Shown: one piece after another, positions 34,081 to 43,778 of the stretch
Numbering within the stretch: the stretch's first letter is position 1
Layout: every line of letters begins with the position of its first letter
Assembly: GCA_028710915.1 (NCBI GenBank)
Contig: JAQTTF010000001.1
Span: 1-51,631 of the forward strand
Source of the DNA: Minisyncoccota bacterium
Lineage (GTDB): Bacteria; Patescibacteriota; Minisyncoccia; Phycocordibacterales; JAQTLZ01
Direction of reading: 5' to 3'
DNA length: 51,631 nt
The notes under the pieces: model-generated
What the model was told of the DNA's origin: nothing
Database searches by the model: none
What the model saw: the letters and a program-made list of their open reading frames with translations, nothing else
Translations under genes and position numbers: made by a program

Positions 34081-34329
34081 ATGCACAGAGGTTTTGACGC
34101 GATTTTCGGAGAGTTGCCCGAGGCTGATTCGGAGATGACTCCCCGAGAATTGGACGGCTACATGGCGTTCTTGACCTTGATTACAGATGAATGCTTCGAA
34201 AATCCTGAAGCACTCAAGGAGCACGAAGAATTCAAAGCGAACTCCGGCGATCCTGCATGGGTTCGCGGCTGGGAAAAGGCCGCCGTCTACTTGAAGGAGA
34301 TGAAGCATTTCGCAGAACATGGCGCGTAG
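34081..34329 (+). CDS. Hypothetical acidic protein (GC-rich island)
   Basis: 82 aa. GGAGG lies 8 nt upstream. The promoter is TTGACT-16 nt-TATAGT at about 34009-34036. The terminator is GCACGAAC...GTTCGTGC at 34329-34351. Confidence 0.5.
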   Translation: MHRGFDAIFGELPEADSEMTPRELDGYMAFLTLITDECFENPEALKEHEEFKANSGDPAWVRGWEKAAVYLKEMKHFAEHGA

Positions 34330-34518
34330 CACGAACTTTTTCAGTTCGTGCGTTTTCTTTTTCCAACTTCCAAAAGTCGTCAAGTCGTTGACTCGGGACC
34401 TCAAAATAAGTACTCTAAATCCGGAATCAGAACATCGATTTCAAGGGGAAATTTCCCCGAAGCTGATAGGGCTTTCCTCTATCACAAAAGGCGAAGAATC
34501 GGAAGGGGGATACGAAGT

Positions 34519-35433
34519 ATGTCCGAAGTCAATTCGGAGTTTCGATCAATCGGCGGGCTCCAGGTCAAAAAGGATCCGCTTGAAGTGGGCAAGACGAAGG
34601 GCGTGTACCAGGTCGTCGACGAACCGCTCGTGATTTTGCACTCCTTGCCCTTCATCACGGCTGGCAATGGCGCCCGTCGTGAAGAAGTCGCTGGCAAGGG
34701 TGTAATCTCGAACGAAATGACCTGCATCGTGTTCGAATACCTCGCTCAAAAAGGTATTCCAGTTGCGTTCCAACGGCGGCTCGGTCCCGACTGCCTTCTG
34801 GCGTTGTTCCTGCGGATGTACAAGCTCGAAGTGGTCGAAAGGCTCAAGGCCTACGGCTCAGTCTGCAAGCGGGAAGGTTTGGCAAAGGGCACCCCGCTCG
34901 AACCGGCGCGCTTTGAGCTGTACCTGAAGACGGCAAAATGCATCTGGGAAATGAACGGCCACACGTGGCGACTTCCGGTCGATGACCCCATGATGGAAAT
35001 CATCGGCAACATGGTCTTCCTCTTCGACCCGGGCGCCGCACTCAGTACGAAGCCGTTCCTCGAACTGCACATCGAGGACGTCTTCGAGAATCCCACGCTC
35101 GCGATCAAGCACATCGAGCAAATGCGCGACATCAACCTGCGCGCGGTACTCGCGATCATCGAGCTGTTCGCAAAAGCCGGCATCGGCGTTCCGGACTTCA
35201 AGCTCGAATACGGAATTCACCCGGTGACGGGCGAACTCCAGATCGGCGACGTCGCCGACCTCGAATCCGGTCGCGGGATCTACTTGGGAGCGCCGAGCGG
35301 AGCGGAACCGCACCCGGAGCTTGTCGGGCAGCATGTGTGCAAGCAGTATTTCCGGCAAGGCGGAACCGGCGAGGAAACCGTCCGCCGCTACAGCATCGCC
35401 CTCGATCTGTTGCGGAAGGCGGTGGCGGCTTAA
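34519..35433 (+). CDS. Divergent SAICAR synthetase (PurC)-like protein
   Basis: By eye it aligns to PurC. VGKTKGVYQV matches GKAKTVY. FITAGNGARREEVAGKGVISNEMTCIVFEYLAQKGIPV matches DTSAGDGAR..KG..N......L...GIPT. DFKLEYG matches DFKLEFG. The ATG at 34519 has a GGGGGA-type RBS. The island is very GC-rich, with a terminator at 35464-35494. Confidence 0.7.
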   Translation: MSEVNSEFRSIGGLQVKKDPLEVGKTKGVYQVVDEPLVILHSLPFITAGNGARREEVAGKGVISNEMTCIVFEYLAQKGIPVAFQRRLGPDCLLALFLRMYKLEVVERLKAYGSVCKREGLAKGTPLEPARFELYLKTAKCIWEMNGHTWRLPVDDPMMEIIGNMVFLFDPGAALSTKPFLELHIEDVFENPTLAIKHIEQMRDINLRAVLAIIELFAKAGIGVPDFKLEYGIHPVTGELQIGDVADLESGRGIYLGAPSGAEPHPELVGQHVCKQYFRQGGTGEETVRRYSIALDLLRKAVAA

Positions 35434-35507
35434 TCAACCATGAAATCAATCGTGATCATACAGGGTCGACACACCAGTCGACCTTGTTTTCTTTTATAAA
35501 ATTTTGT

Positions 35508-35536
35508 TTGTGAAAAATCGGGAGTTTAGCTACAAT
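35508..35536 (+). promoter_or_regulatory. Promoter of the HisRS-like gene (near-leaderless transcript)
   Basis: TTGTGA, a 17-nt spacer, then TACAAT. The -10 box ends 10 nt before the ATG, and no SD is visible. Confidence 0.45.
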
Positions 35537-35546
35537 ACTATTCATT

Positions 35547-36476
35547 ATGACCGACAAAAAACTCTCAACTGAACCCTACAAGGGCGTCCGCGACTTCTAT
35601 CCTGAAGATATGGCTGTTCAAAATTATATTTTTTCGATTTGGAAAAAAGTAGCACAGGAATTTAAATACCAAGAATATAGTGCATCTATTCTCGAGCCAG
35701 CAGAACTCTACAAAGCCAAGGGAGAAATGAGCGAAGAAATCGTAAATGAACAAATGTATACATTCACCGACAAGGGTGACCGCGAAGTTGCCCTCCGTCC
35801 TGAAATGACACCAACACTTGCGAGAATGGTTGCGGCAAAACGAAGGTCATGGAAATTCCCTCTCCGATGGTTCTCAATTCCAAATTGTTTCCGTTATGAA
35901 AAGCCTCAACGAGGCCGAAAGCGCGAACACTGGCAATTGAACTGCGACCTTATGGGCATTGCCGAAATTGAAGCGGAAGTGGAAATCATTTCGCTCGCGC
36001 ACAAAATAATGAAAGAATTCGGCGCAAAAGACGAGGATTTTGAAATTCAAATCAATTCAAGAAAACTTCTAGAATCTGCATACGGCAAAGAAATGTTTGG
36101 ACTTCTCGACAAGAAAGAAAAAATGGAAAAGGCTGAATTCGAATCGGAATGGCAGAAACTTTCCGACAAGCCATACGTAGAAACAAAATTGGAAGACAGT
36201 CCGGAACTTATAAAAATAATAAAAGCACTCGCTGATATGGGAATTAAGGCGAAATTCACCCCATCAATCACTCGTGGTTTCGACTATTACACCGGAATGG
36301 TCTTCGAAGTATTTGATACCAATCCAGAGAATCGCCGTGCTCTTTTCGGCGGAGGCAGATACGACAATCTTCTAGAAATGTTCGGAGTTGAACCCGTCCC
36401 GACCGTCGGCTTTGGAATGGGAGATGTTACTATGCGCGACTTTCTCGAAACTCACAGATTGCCGTTAAAAAAATAA
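35547..36476 (+). CDS. hisS: Histidyl-tRNA synthetase-like catalytic core, no anticodon-binding domain
   Basis: Class II motifs are present: LRPEMTPTLARMV, FRYEKPQRGRKREHWQLNCDLMG and FGGGRYDNLLEMFG. The protein stops at 309 aa, shortly after motif 3. Confidence 0.75.
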   Translation: MTDKKLSTEPYKGVRDFYPEDMAVQNYIFSIWKKVAQEFKYQEYSASILEPAELYKAKGEMSEEIVNEQMYTFTDKGDREVALRPEMTPTLARMVAAKRRSWKFPLRWFSIPNCFRYEKPQRGRKREHWQLNCDLMGIAEIEAEVEIISLAHKIMKEFGAKDEDFEIQINSRKLLESAYGKEMFGLLDKKEKMEKAEFESEWQKLSDKPYVETKLEDSPELIKIIKALADMGIKAKFTPSITRGFDYYTGMVFEVFDTNPENRRALFGGGRYDNLLEMFGVEPVPTVGFGMGDVTMRDFLETHRLPLKK

Positions 36477-36494
36477 AGACCGAAAAACTGCACT

Positions 36495-37070
36495 ATGCGC
36501 AAAGTTGTCTTCGATATAGAAACAAGAAATATTTTCAGCGATGTCGGCTCAAACGACCCCTCAAAGCTCGATATTTCTATCGTCTGCGCTTATGATTCTG
36601 AGACAGACACCTATTCATCTTATCTCGAAGAAGAATTGCCAAAGCTCTGGCCTATCATTGAGAAAGCAGATATGCTCGTTGGGTATAATTCTAATCACTT
36701 TGATATTCCGCTTCTCAACAAATATTATCACGGTGATCTTTCAAAAATAAAAAGTCTCGACATCCTCGAAGAAATCCGAAAAGTGCTTGGCCGCAGAGTA
36801 AAACTTGATCAAGTCGCCGAAGCGACGCTCGGTACAAAAAAATCCGGCCACGGCCTCGATGCAATAGTGTGGTGGAAGAAAGGTGAGATCGATAAAATCC
36901 GCAAATACTGTCTCGACGATGTGAAAATCACGAAAGATGTTTACGAGTACGCTCTCAAAAACGGAAAACTCTTTTTCAAAGAAGGCGGAAAAGCAAACGA
37001 GATCAAGCTCGATACTTCAAATTGGGAAAAGAAAAACGAGGCATCAATGACATTTAGTTTGCCGTTTTAA
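36495..37070 (+). CDS. RNase H-fold DEDD-type 3'-5' exonuclease-like protein
   Basis: VFDIETRN (DxE), YNSNHFDIPLL and YCLDDVKIT. Confidence 0.6.
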   Translation: MRKVVFDIETRNIFSDVGSNDPSKLDISIVCAYDSETDTYSSYLEEELPKLWPIIEKADMLVGYNSNHFDIPLLNKYYHGDLSKIKSLDILEEIRKVLGRRVKLDQVAEATLGTKKSGHGLDAIVWWKKGEIDKIRKYCLDDVKITKDVYEYALKNGKLFFKEGGKANEIKLDTSNWEKKNEASMTFSLPF

Positions 37071-37115
37071 AAAAAGTGCTATAATAGTTTTTACATTACC
37101 CATAAATAATTTTTC

Positions 37116-38009
37116 TTGCCTCCACAAACATCAAGCAAACTTTCGACCCCAGTCGCAATCATCATCGCGGGAGTTATTATCGCCGGAGCGATTCTTTTGG
37201 TCGCAAGCGGCAAGATCAGTAACAATGCTCAACCCGGAGTAATTACGCAAGATCATAATGAAAATATAGCGCCGGTTACATCTGCCGATCATATCAAAGG
37301 AAGCCCTGATGCGCCTATTGTAATGGTAGAATTTTCAGATCTTGAATGTCCATTCTGCAAAATCTTTCATCAGACACTCGAAGGACTTGTAACAACCTAT
37401 AGCGGGAAAGTGGCTTGGGTCTACCGACATTTCCCTCTCGACCGGCATCCAAAAGCGCCAGCTGAAGCACAAGCGAGCGAATGTGCAGCGGAGCTCGGAG
37501 GAAATGATGGCTTTTGGAAATTCATAACTCAAGTATATGCAGTCACTCCTTCAAACAACGGAATGGATGATGGAGTTTACAATACTCCGGAACCTGTGCC
37601 AAAGGATTCAACTGGTACTCCATACTACACAGAAAAGAAACCAAAAAGCGCAACAGATGCTGGTGTACTCTCGCTGACCGCAGTCAATATCGGACTCGAC
37701 AAAGCGAAATTCGAAGCCTGTCTTGCAAGTGGAAAATACAAGCAGAAAGTGACAGATCAGTTGAATGATGGAGTACAAGCTGGCGGAAATGGAACCCCGT
37801 ACACAATTATGGTTCTCAAAAACAAAATTGGAGATGTTGCAAAGAAATATATTACTGATACCAATGCTACGTTCTTGAAACAAATTAATACTCCGGGAAC
37901 ACCTGACCTTCTCTTCGTTACAAATGATGGAATGAGAATTGGAGTAAGTGGTGCGCAGGATCCGGCTGTCATGCAGAAGATTGTAGATTTGGTTTTAGCG
38001 GGCAAATAG
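37116..38009 (+). CDS. Membrane-anchored DsbA-family thiol:disulfide oxidoreductase
   Basis: TTG start, a TM anchor, and the CxxC motif ECPFCKIFH in a thioredoxin fold. Confidence 0.75.
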   Translation: MPPQTSSKLSTPVAIIIAGVIIAGAILLVASGKISNNAQPGVITQDHNENIAPVTSADHIKGSPDAPIVMVEFSDLECPFCKIFHQTLEGLVTTYSGKVAWVYRHFPLDRHPKAPAEAQASECAAELGGNDGFWKFITQVYAVTPSNNGMDDGVYNTPEPVPKDSTGTPYYTEKKPKSATDAGVLSLTAVNIGLDKAKFEACLASGKYKQKVTDQLNDGVQAGGNGTPYTIMVLKNKIGDVAKKYITDTNATFLKQINTPGTPDLLFVTNDGMRIGVSGAQDPAVMQKIVDLVLAGK

Positions 38010-38061
38010 AAAAGAAATTCAAAAAAGCCCCGGCGTATCCTCGCCGGGGCTTTTTTCTTTC

Positions 38062-40971
38062 CTACAACGTCTCTTTTTTGAGAGGACACCACTCGCAATC
38101 CTTATCACCACAAGTCTCCGTTAAGAATTTTCCGGACCAAACACTTTCAATGAGCAATTGGACTTCGCCGAGAACTCGCTTTTCGTCTGTACTCGAAATC
38201 GGAAGCGAGATTACTGGACATCTCCCCTTCGCATCCGGTTTTATGAAAACCAGCGCCGGTTCTATCGCCTTATTTTTGTATTTCGTGTTCCCCTCGAGCA
38301 AAATTTTGTAGAAAATAAGCTGGCGGAAATAGTTGCCGTCGCTGTCTGTTTTTGTCTCGCCTTTGAGCGCATTTACACTCATTGCCTCGCGAGTTTTGTA
38401 GTCATAGACCAGCGTCTTATCTTGGCCCTCAACCACGGTGTCCAGCTTGCCATGAAGCTTCAAAATGACCTCTTTTTGCCCATATTTGCCCTCATACGAA
38501 GCTTCTACCCACGTTTCCGTTAATACCTTACCCTCCACATTTAGCAGTGGAATAAGGGCTTTTGCCACTTTGGGAGCATCTGCGAGAAGCGCTTCCACAG
38601 CTCCTTCTTTTTCAAAAAGTGGAAGAAGCGAGCGGTCAAAAAAGGCTTTCACCGTACTCTCAATCGTCGCCACAATCGCCTCTTCACTTTTATTTTCTTG
38701 ATGCCACACATACGAAAGAGCTTCGTGCATCGCATTCCCTTTTTCCGATGCAACGCTCGGAGCTTCCGGCACTTTCAAAATACTTTTGTATAAAAATTTG
38801 CTTGGGCATTCCAAGAAGCTGTTCAATGCTGTTACTGAAAGCCCGGATTCAGTCAGAACATTTTTTGCATATTCCACAATCTCCGCTTTTTGTTTTTGAT
38901 CTACATCTCCGGCAATTTTCGCAGACGAATTATCAAAAGTAGCCGGTAAATCAGTTTGTGAAATAGATTTTGCATCAAGTTCGGAAATAAACCGAAGCGG
39001 AGTGAATTCTTTTTTCAACGCATCTTCAAGCGGAGCAATTATTGAAGCGTGTTTCTTGGCACGAGTGAGAGCAACATAGAAAAGCCGTCTTGCATCCCGC
39101 ACTTCATCTTCATCTCCTTTTTCGCGAGGCAAAATAAACGAGCTTCCGTGCCCGCGAGAAAGCCAGGTCTCGTCAGTTGCATACGGCAAGAAAACATAAT
39201 CAAACTCAAGGCCTTTGGAGCCGTGAGCGGTCATTACCCGCACTTGGGAGTCCGGTCGGCCGACGGTTATCTTCACACTCTTTGTCTCTGCTGATTGCCG
39301 ATATGCCAGAAGTTCTTCTATCAAAACGCTCGGAGATTGAATACTTTTTCCCGACGCAATGTCTCCCGCAAGGGCGACAATAGTTCGCCAGACTTCAGCA
39401 GAAAGAGGATTTCGTTCAGCAACTTTTTCAAATCCTGAAAGCTTCGCCGCCAAAACGAGAAAGTTAATCGCTCCGTCTTTGGTAATTTCTTTCTGCAACT
39501 TTCCTATTGCGGAAATTTCTTTAGAAATTTCCGCAATGTTCCCGCTTCGAATTGAGCGAACAAGCACAGTTCGGCGAGTAAAATCGAGTCCCCAGAGTCC
39601 CCCAGCAACAGTCCGAGCCAAAGCCTCCACATTCCCCGGATTCGCTAAGTATTCAATCAAGTCAAAATAAAGTACCCCAACAGGATGCGAAAAAATATCC
39701 GCCCCGCGCTCCGCCGAAGCAGGTATTCCATTTTGTTGAAGTAAGGCAAGCACCCGCTCCACATCACGATTCCGCCTTACAATTATCGCTACTGTGCTTT
39801 CTGGTTTTATTTCTTTAACTTCCTCCACCAAATACTTGTCCCCCGCTTCCGTATTCCCCGCAGTAACAATATCCACCGGTTTTGGCTTATCACCATTCGC
39901 CGCTTTAAGTTTTATTCGGAGATTTTTGTACTCATCACCTTCATAATTTTGCTCTATCATAGCAAAGCTTGAATCGAGAATATGCTGATGCGAGCGGTAG
40001 TTTTCCTCGAGCCGGATCTCCTTCATCCCCTTCCACGCGGTCTTGAATTTCAAAAAGTTCTCGACAGACGCACCTTGAAAGCGGAAAATGGCCTGCTTCT
40101 CATCCCCCACCACGAAGAGATTGGGATTGTCGAAAAAGTCAGCGATAGCGCGAATGAGCATATTTTGCGAATCATTGGTGTCCTGATGCTCGTCAACGAG
40201 AATGTAGAGAAATTTCTCCTGGAGCATTTGAAGAAGCAATTTGTCGGTGCGCAAAGTGGTGAGAAGCTCGATGATGAGGTCGTCAAAATCCATTTTCCGG
40301 TCGGCGCGTTTCTTCTCTTCGTAGGCGAGATAGGCATCGGCAAAGATAATCGTGCGCTCGCATTTTTCAATTCGCTTCAATGCGTCGCCTTTGAGTTGAC
40401 CTTTTGTCGGCCCGCGAGTGGAAAGACTAGATTGGTCGTTTTTCACCCGCTCAATTTCTTCTGTGGCAAATGTGCCCACGATTTCCGGCGTCCATGCTTC
40501 TTTTTTGCTGTCGCGAATTGCACCGAGAATTTTCCCGACATAGAAATCCGGCTCGCCGGCAGGACGCAGCTTGGCAAACTTCTTGTCGCGCAAAATGGTG
40601 CGGACGAGGGTTTCAGATTCTATTTCAGTAATTTGCTTGGTACGAGAGAGATGCGGAAAATGATCCGGGAATTCGGCAATGACAGAACCGGCAAAGCCGT
40701 GATAGGTATGCACCCGCACCTCCTCTGCGCGCGCTCCGATGAGCGCGCGCAGACGCCTTTTCATCTCTTTGGCACCGGCTTCCGTGAAAGTAAGACACAA
40801 AATCCCGCTAGCAGGCGTGTCAGTTTTGAGCAAAATATTTCCAATCCGCAAAGCCAAAATCTGCGTCTTCCCAGTCCCCGGCCCCGCAATGACCATGACA
40901 GGTCCCTCAATGGTATCAACAGCCTCTTTTTGCTTAGTGTTAAGTTTCTTGTATTCTTCCTCGAATTTCAT
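38062..40971 (-). CDS. UvrD/PcrA-type helicase fused to a C-terminal PD-(D/E)XK (Cas4/AddB-like, Cys-cluster) nuclease
   Basis: Walker A is AGPGTGKTQ, with the motifs VDEHQDTN and TAHGSKGLEFD. The nuclease core is GKLDTVV...VYDYKT. Cys ligands are ECPSKF and CGDKDCEWCP. Confidence 0.85.
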   Translation of the reverse strand: MKFEEEYKKLNTKQKEAVDTIEGPVMVIAGPGTGKTQILALRIGNILLKTDTPASGILCLTFTEAGAKEMKRRLRALIGARAEEVRVHTYHGFAGSVIAEFPDHFPHLSRTKQITEIESETLVRTILRDKKFAKLRPAGEPDFYVGKILGAIRDSKKEAWTPEIVGTFATEEIERVKNDQSSLSTRGPTKGQLKGDALKRIEKCERTIIFADAYLAYEEKKRADRKMDFDDLIIELLTTLRTDKLLLQMLQEKFLYILVDEHQDTNDSQNMLIRAIADFFDNPNLFVVGDEKQAIFRFQGASVENFLKFKTAWKGMKEIRLEENYRSHQHILDSSFAMIEQNYEGDEYKNLRIKLKAANGDKPKPVDIVTAGNTEAGDKYLVEEVKEIKPESTVAIIVRRNRDVERVLALLQQNGIPASAERGADIFSHPVGVLYFDLIEYLANPGNVEALARTVAGGLWGLDFTRRTVLVRSIRSGNIAEISKEISAIGKLQKEITKDGAINFLVLAAKLSGFEKVAERNPLSAEVWRTIVALAGDIASGKSIQSPSVLIEELLAYRQSAETKSVKITVGRPDSQVRVMTAHGSKGLEFDYVFLPYATDETWLSRGHGSSFILPREKGDEDEVRDARRLFYVALTRAKKHASIIAPLEDALKKEFTPLRFISELDAKSISQTDLPATFDNSSAKIAGDVDQKQKAEIVEYAKNVLTESGLSVTALNSFLECPSKFLYKSILKVPEAPSVASEKGNAMHEALSYVWHQENKSEEAIVATIESTVKAFFDRSLLPLFEKEGAVEALLADAPKVAKALIPLLNVEGKVLTETWVEASYEGKYGQKEVILKLHGKLDTVVEGQDKTLVYDYKTREAMSVNALKGETKTDSDGNYFRQLIFYKILLEGNTKYKNKAIEPALVFIKPDAKGRCPVISLPISSTDEKRVLGEVQLLIESVWSGKFLTETCGDKDCEWCPLKKETL

Positions 40972-41009
40972 GCCTCAATTGTAGCACCAAAATTTAGGTA
41001 TTAAAAAAA

Positions 41010-41519
41010 TCATTTATAACCTGCGATTAAAAGAAAAATTATTACTAACGCGAATCCGCTAAAGTATGACGCGGGTAAATACTTATTTTTGTATATTCTT
41101 ATCCATTTTTGGTGCCACCATATGGAACCATTAGGACCTTTGAGTAGTTGTGTTAAAGAGTCAAAGTACCAGTTGAACACAAACCATGAAAAATCCTCAA
41201 TAAAACAGATGGCGATAAATATTGCTACTAATAGCCAAACATTTTTAACTAAAATAAAATATTCGGCCACCAAAATCCATGGAATTATCAGCCAGTACAT
41301 TACCAATGAATAACCAAAAAAATATGGCACTCCGATGGCTTTGGCAAGTCCTTTCATTACAGGGTTATTCTGGGCAATAATTTTACCGTACCATTTATCT
41401 TTTGGGTGCCCCGCGCCCCAGCCCTTATCCTTTTCAATGAGAATTTCTAAAATAGCCACTGGCCATGCAATCGCCAATACATTAAGAATAAAAAAGGAGT
41501 AAAAATTCATAATCTGCAT
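41010..41519 (-). CDS. Polytopic membrane protein, unknown function
   Basis: 169 aa, Trp-rich, about 5 TM helices. Confidence 0.5.
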   Translation of the reverse strand: MQIMNFYSFFILNVLAIAWPVAILEILIEKDKGWGAGHPKDKWYGKIIAQNNPVMKGLAKAIGVPYFFGYSLVMYWLIIPWILVAEYFILVKNVWLLVAIFIAICFIEDFSWFVFNWYFDSLTQLLKGPNGSIWWHQKWIRIYKNKYLPASYFSGFALVIIFLLIAGYK

Positions 41520-41554
41520 TATACAACACTATTTATTATGCTACACTAGAAGCC

Positions 41555-42328
41555 ATGATTACACATTTTAGTGCTTTGATTTTAGGAATCGTTGAGGGAT
41601 TTACGGAATTTCTTCCTATATCTTCCACGGCTCATCTCATTCTTGTTTCGAAACTCATCGGTATCTCGCAAGATAATTTTGTGAAGACGTTTGAGATCGC
41701 GATTCAAAGTGGAGCGATACTTGCCGTGATAATTCTCTTCTGGAAGAAATTTACCAACATTGAAAACTTAAAAAAGATCGTCGTCGCTTTCATCCCGACC
41801 GGAATCATCGGTCTTGCGCTCTACAAAATTGTCAAAACATATCTTCTTGGAAATATTCCTGTAGTGCTCAGCGCGTTACTTCTCGGCGGTATTATTCTTA
41901 TCATTTTTGAAAAGAAATTTAAGGAAAAGACTGGAACAAGCGTAAAAAATATTCAGGATATGAGTTACAAACAGTCTGCTTATGTCGGGCTGTATCAAGC
42001 AATTGCTATCATTCCTGGAGTCTCACGTTCGGGAGCAACGATTCTCGGGGGAATGCTTCTTGGTATTTCGCGAGAGACGATCGTGGAATTTTCGTTTCTT
42101 CTCGCAGTGCCGACCATGCTTGCAGCAACAGGGCTCGACCTTTTGAAAAATCTTCACGCTTTCTCCAGCGCGCAATTTGGAACGCTCGGGCTAGGATTTA
42201 TAGCTTCATTTGTCACAGCAATCATCGGCATCAAATTCCTTCTTGATTATATCCGCAAGCATTCATTCAGCGCTTTTGGCGTTTATCGCATCATCATTGC
42301 AATTCTCTTTTTCTTTGTGTTTTTGTAA
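41555..42328 (+). CDS. uppP: Undecaprenyl-diphosphate phosphatase
   Basis: Motifs EFLPISSTAHLIL and PGVSRSGATI. 257 aa, multi-TM. Confidence 0.9.
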   Translation: MITHFSALILGIVEGFTEFLPISSTAHLILVSKLIGISQDNFVKTFEIAIQSGAILAVIILFWKKFTNIENLKKIVVAFIPTGIIGLALYKIVKTYLLGNIPVVLSALLLGGIILIIFEKKFKEKTGTSVKNIQDMSYKQSAYVGLYQAIAIIPGVSRSGATILGGMLLGISRETIVEFSFLLAVPTMLAATGLDLLKNLHAFSSAQFGTLGLGFIASFVTAIIGIKFLLDYIRKHSFSAFGVYRIIIAILFFFVFL

Positions 42329-42391
42329 ACAAAGAAACCGCCCGCAAGACAGAGAAGTTTCTTTGTCCTACGAACGGTTTTAATTTCCTAC

Positions 42392-42826
42392 CTACTTGCG
42401 ATTCAACTGCCGAACCTTCAGGTCGTACATAGTAGCGAGAATAACGCTCGCCGCCATGTGACGAATCACCTTTTCGGGTGAGGCAGCTTCGAGTCCTTGG
42501 AGCCAGCCTTTCGGCCGATTCCAGTGCACGTGATTCGTTGTGCACTTATCCAAGCCCGCCTTAAGCCGCTTCCACGGCTCGCCGGAGCTCTGCCCCCTCG
42601 GCTCGCCAACGATAGCGCACGAGGCAATTTTCGCGAGGGTCTCCAGCTTCATACGACGGAGCTCCTCCACAATTGCCCGATGGACTATCTCACGGACGCC
42701 GGCTGCGACAGTGTCGTTCTCAAAACTGTCGAACCCCACGTCGCCATCCATCACCTGCCTCTTCAAGAGTTGCCCCATCAAAGTGGTAGCGAGTCTCTTG
42801 ATGTACTCTCTGTCCTGCCTTCCCAT
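42392..42826 (-). CDS. Hypothetical protein (GC-rich island)
   Basis: 144 aa. Upstream promoter on the minus strand is TTGACT-17 nt-TATGAT (plus coordinates about 42930-42960). No motif recognised. Confidence 0.45.
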   Translation of the reverse strand: MGRQDREYIKRLATTLMGQLLKRQVMDGDVGFDSFENDTVAAGVREIVHRAIVEELRRMKLETLAKIASCAIVGEPRGQSSGEPWKRLKAGLDKCTTNHVHWNRPKGWLQGLEAASPEKVIRHMAASVILATMYDLKVRQLNRK

Positions 42827-43007
42827 GTGTCAGTCCTTTCTCGATGCCAACCATCATTATGAACACAAGCCATGGGAATAGCTTGAACGGGCGTAGCCCT
42901 GGTTGGAGAAGCAAAGAGCTTCTGGGCTGTATCATACCATTTTATTAAAGAAAAGTCAATGTTGGCTATTTTAAGCAGAAAAAAGACGCCCATTGGGGGC
43001 GTCTTGA

Positions 43008-43484
43008 TTACTTCCAGAATACACGATATTCCGGCTTGCTGAATTTGAGAAGACATCGAGATCTCACTTCTTTGGGAAGCCGATCACACGAGTCGCAGCT
43101 CGGCTGGCACAGCGCCCGTGATAACCACTTTCCTCTGTCGGGTTCTTCTTCCATCCCGTGCTTCATAGCAAGTCCAGCGATTATTTCATCTTGAGCGATG
43201 ATAAATAATCGCTTACCCAGAGGAGCGCGGGCAACAAGTCCCCGAAACACGAAGCTCATATATCGGTTGCCTCTGTGTTCCTGATCGACCCAGAGCGATC
43301 CGATCTCGACCGAATGCTCGCGATCCCAGAGCGCGCCGAAGGCAATGATTTTCCCTTCGTGCTCAATAACTTCCGCTCGCCCCTCTTGTGCCGCAAGGAG
43401 GAGTGCATCGACTTCCAAACGTGCTCCGAGAAGCGTACGCTCCCTTCTCATTTTCTGCGAAAGAACTTCAAATTTGTCTCTCAT
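43008..43484 (-). CDS. GNAT-like acetyltransferase with a Cys-rich C-terminal tail
   Basis: IGSLWVDQEHRGNRYMSFVFRGLV resembles GNAT motif A. The tail is CQPSCDSCDRLPKEVRSRC. AGGAGG lies upstream of the ATG. Confidence 0.45.
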   Translation of the reverse strand: MRDKFEVLSQKMRRERTLLGARLEVDALLLAAQEGRAEVIEHEGKIIAFGALWDREHSVEIGSLWVDQEHRGNRYMSFVFRGLVARAPLGKRLFIIAQDEIIAGLAMKHGMEEEPDRGKWLSRALCQPSCDSCDRLPKEVRSRCLLKFSKPEYRVFWK

Positions 43485-43778
43485 TTTTTCCTCCTTTCAA
43501 AAGGTGAGAAAAGACAAAAATAACGGCTTCAGGCCGCTTGAGAAAGTTCGTATAAATTTTAGAGAAATTACAAACACTCGAAAGCAGCCTCAAGAATGTG
43601 GCTGCGTCGTCGATTCTGTAAATTTGTAATCTTTGACTGCATATACAAAGGTTATCAGATAATGCGCTTATTCGTCAAATCTATAGAGTTTTTCTATTTG
43701 ACTTGTTCCGGTACATAAAGCAAGATAAAAAACGGGACAGGGTAATTTTCATGGCGAAGTACATAGGAGAATGGCAAC

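Noticed and set aside
34348-34518. 57-codon N-terminal extension of the PurC-like ORF
   Set aside because: The extension starts inside the terminator of the upstream gene and is AT-rich, unlike the rest of the gene. The ATG at 34519 has a purine-rich ribosome site and coincides with the start of PurC similarity.
39982-41004. 340-aa plus-strand ORF, and other long ORFs inside 38062-40971
   Set aside because: They are antisense to a helicase-nuclease gene with unambiguous motifs. Their sequence is Arg/Phe/Leu-rich in the way typical of reverse-frame artefacts.
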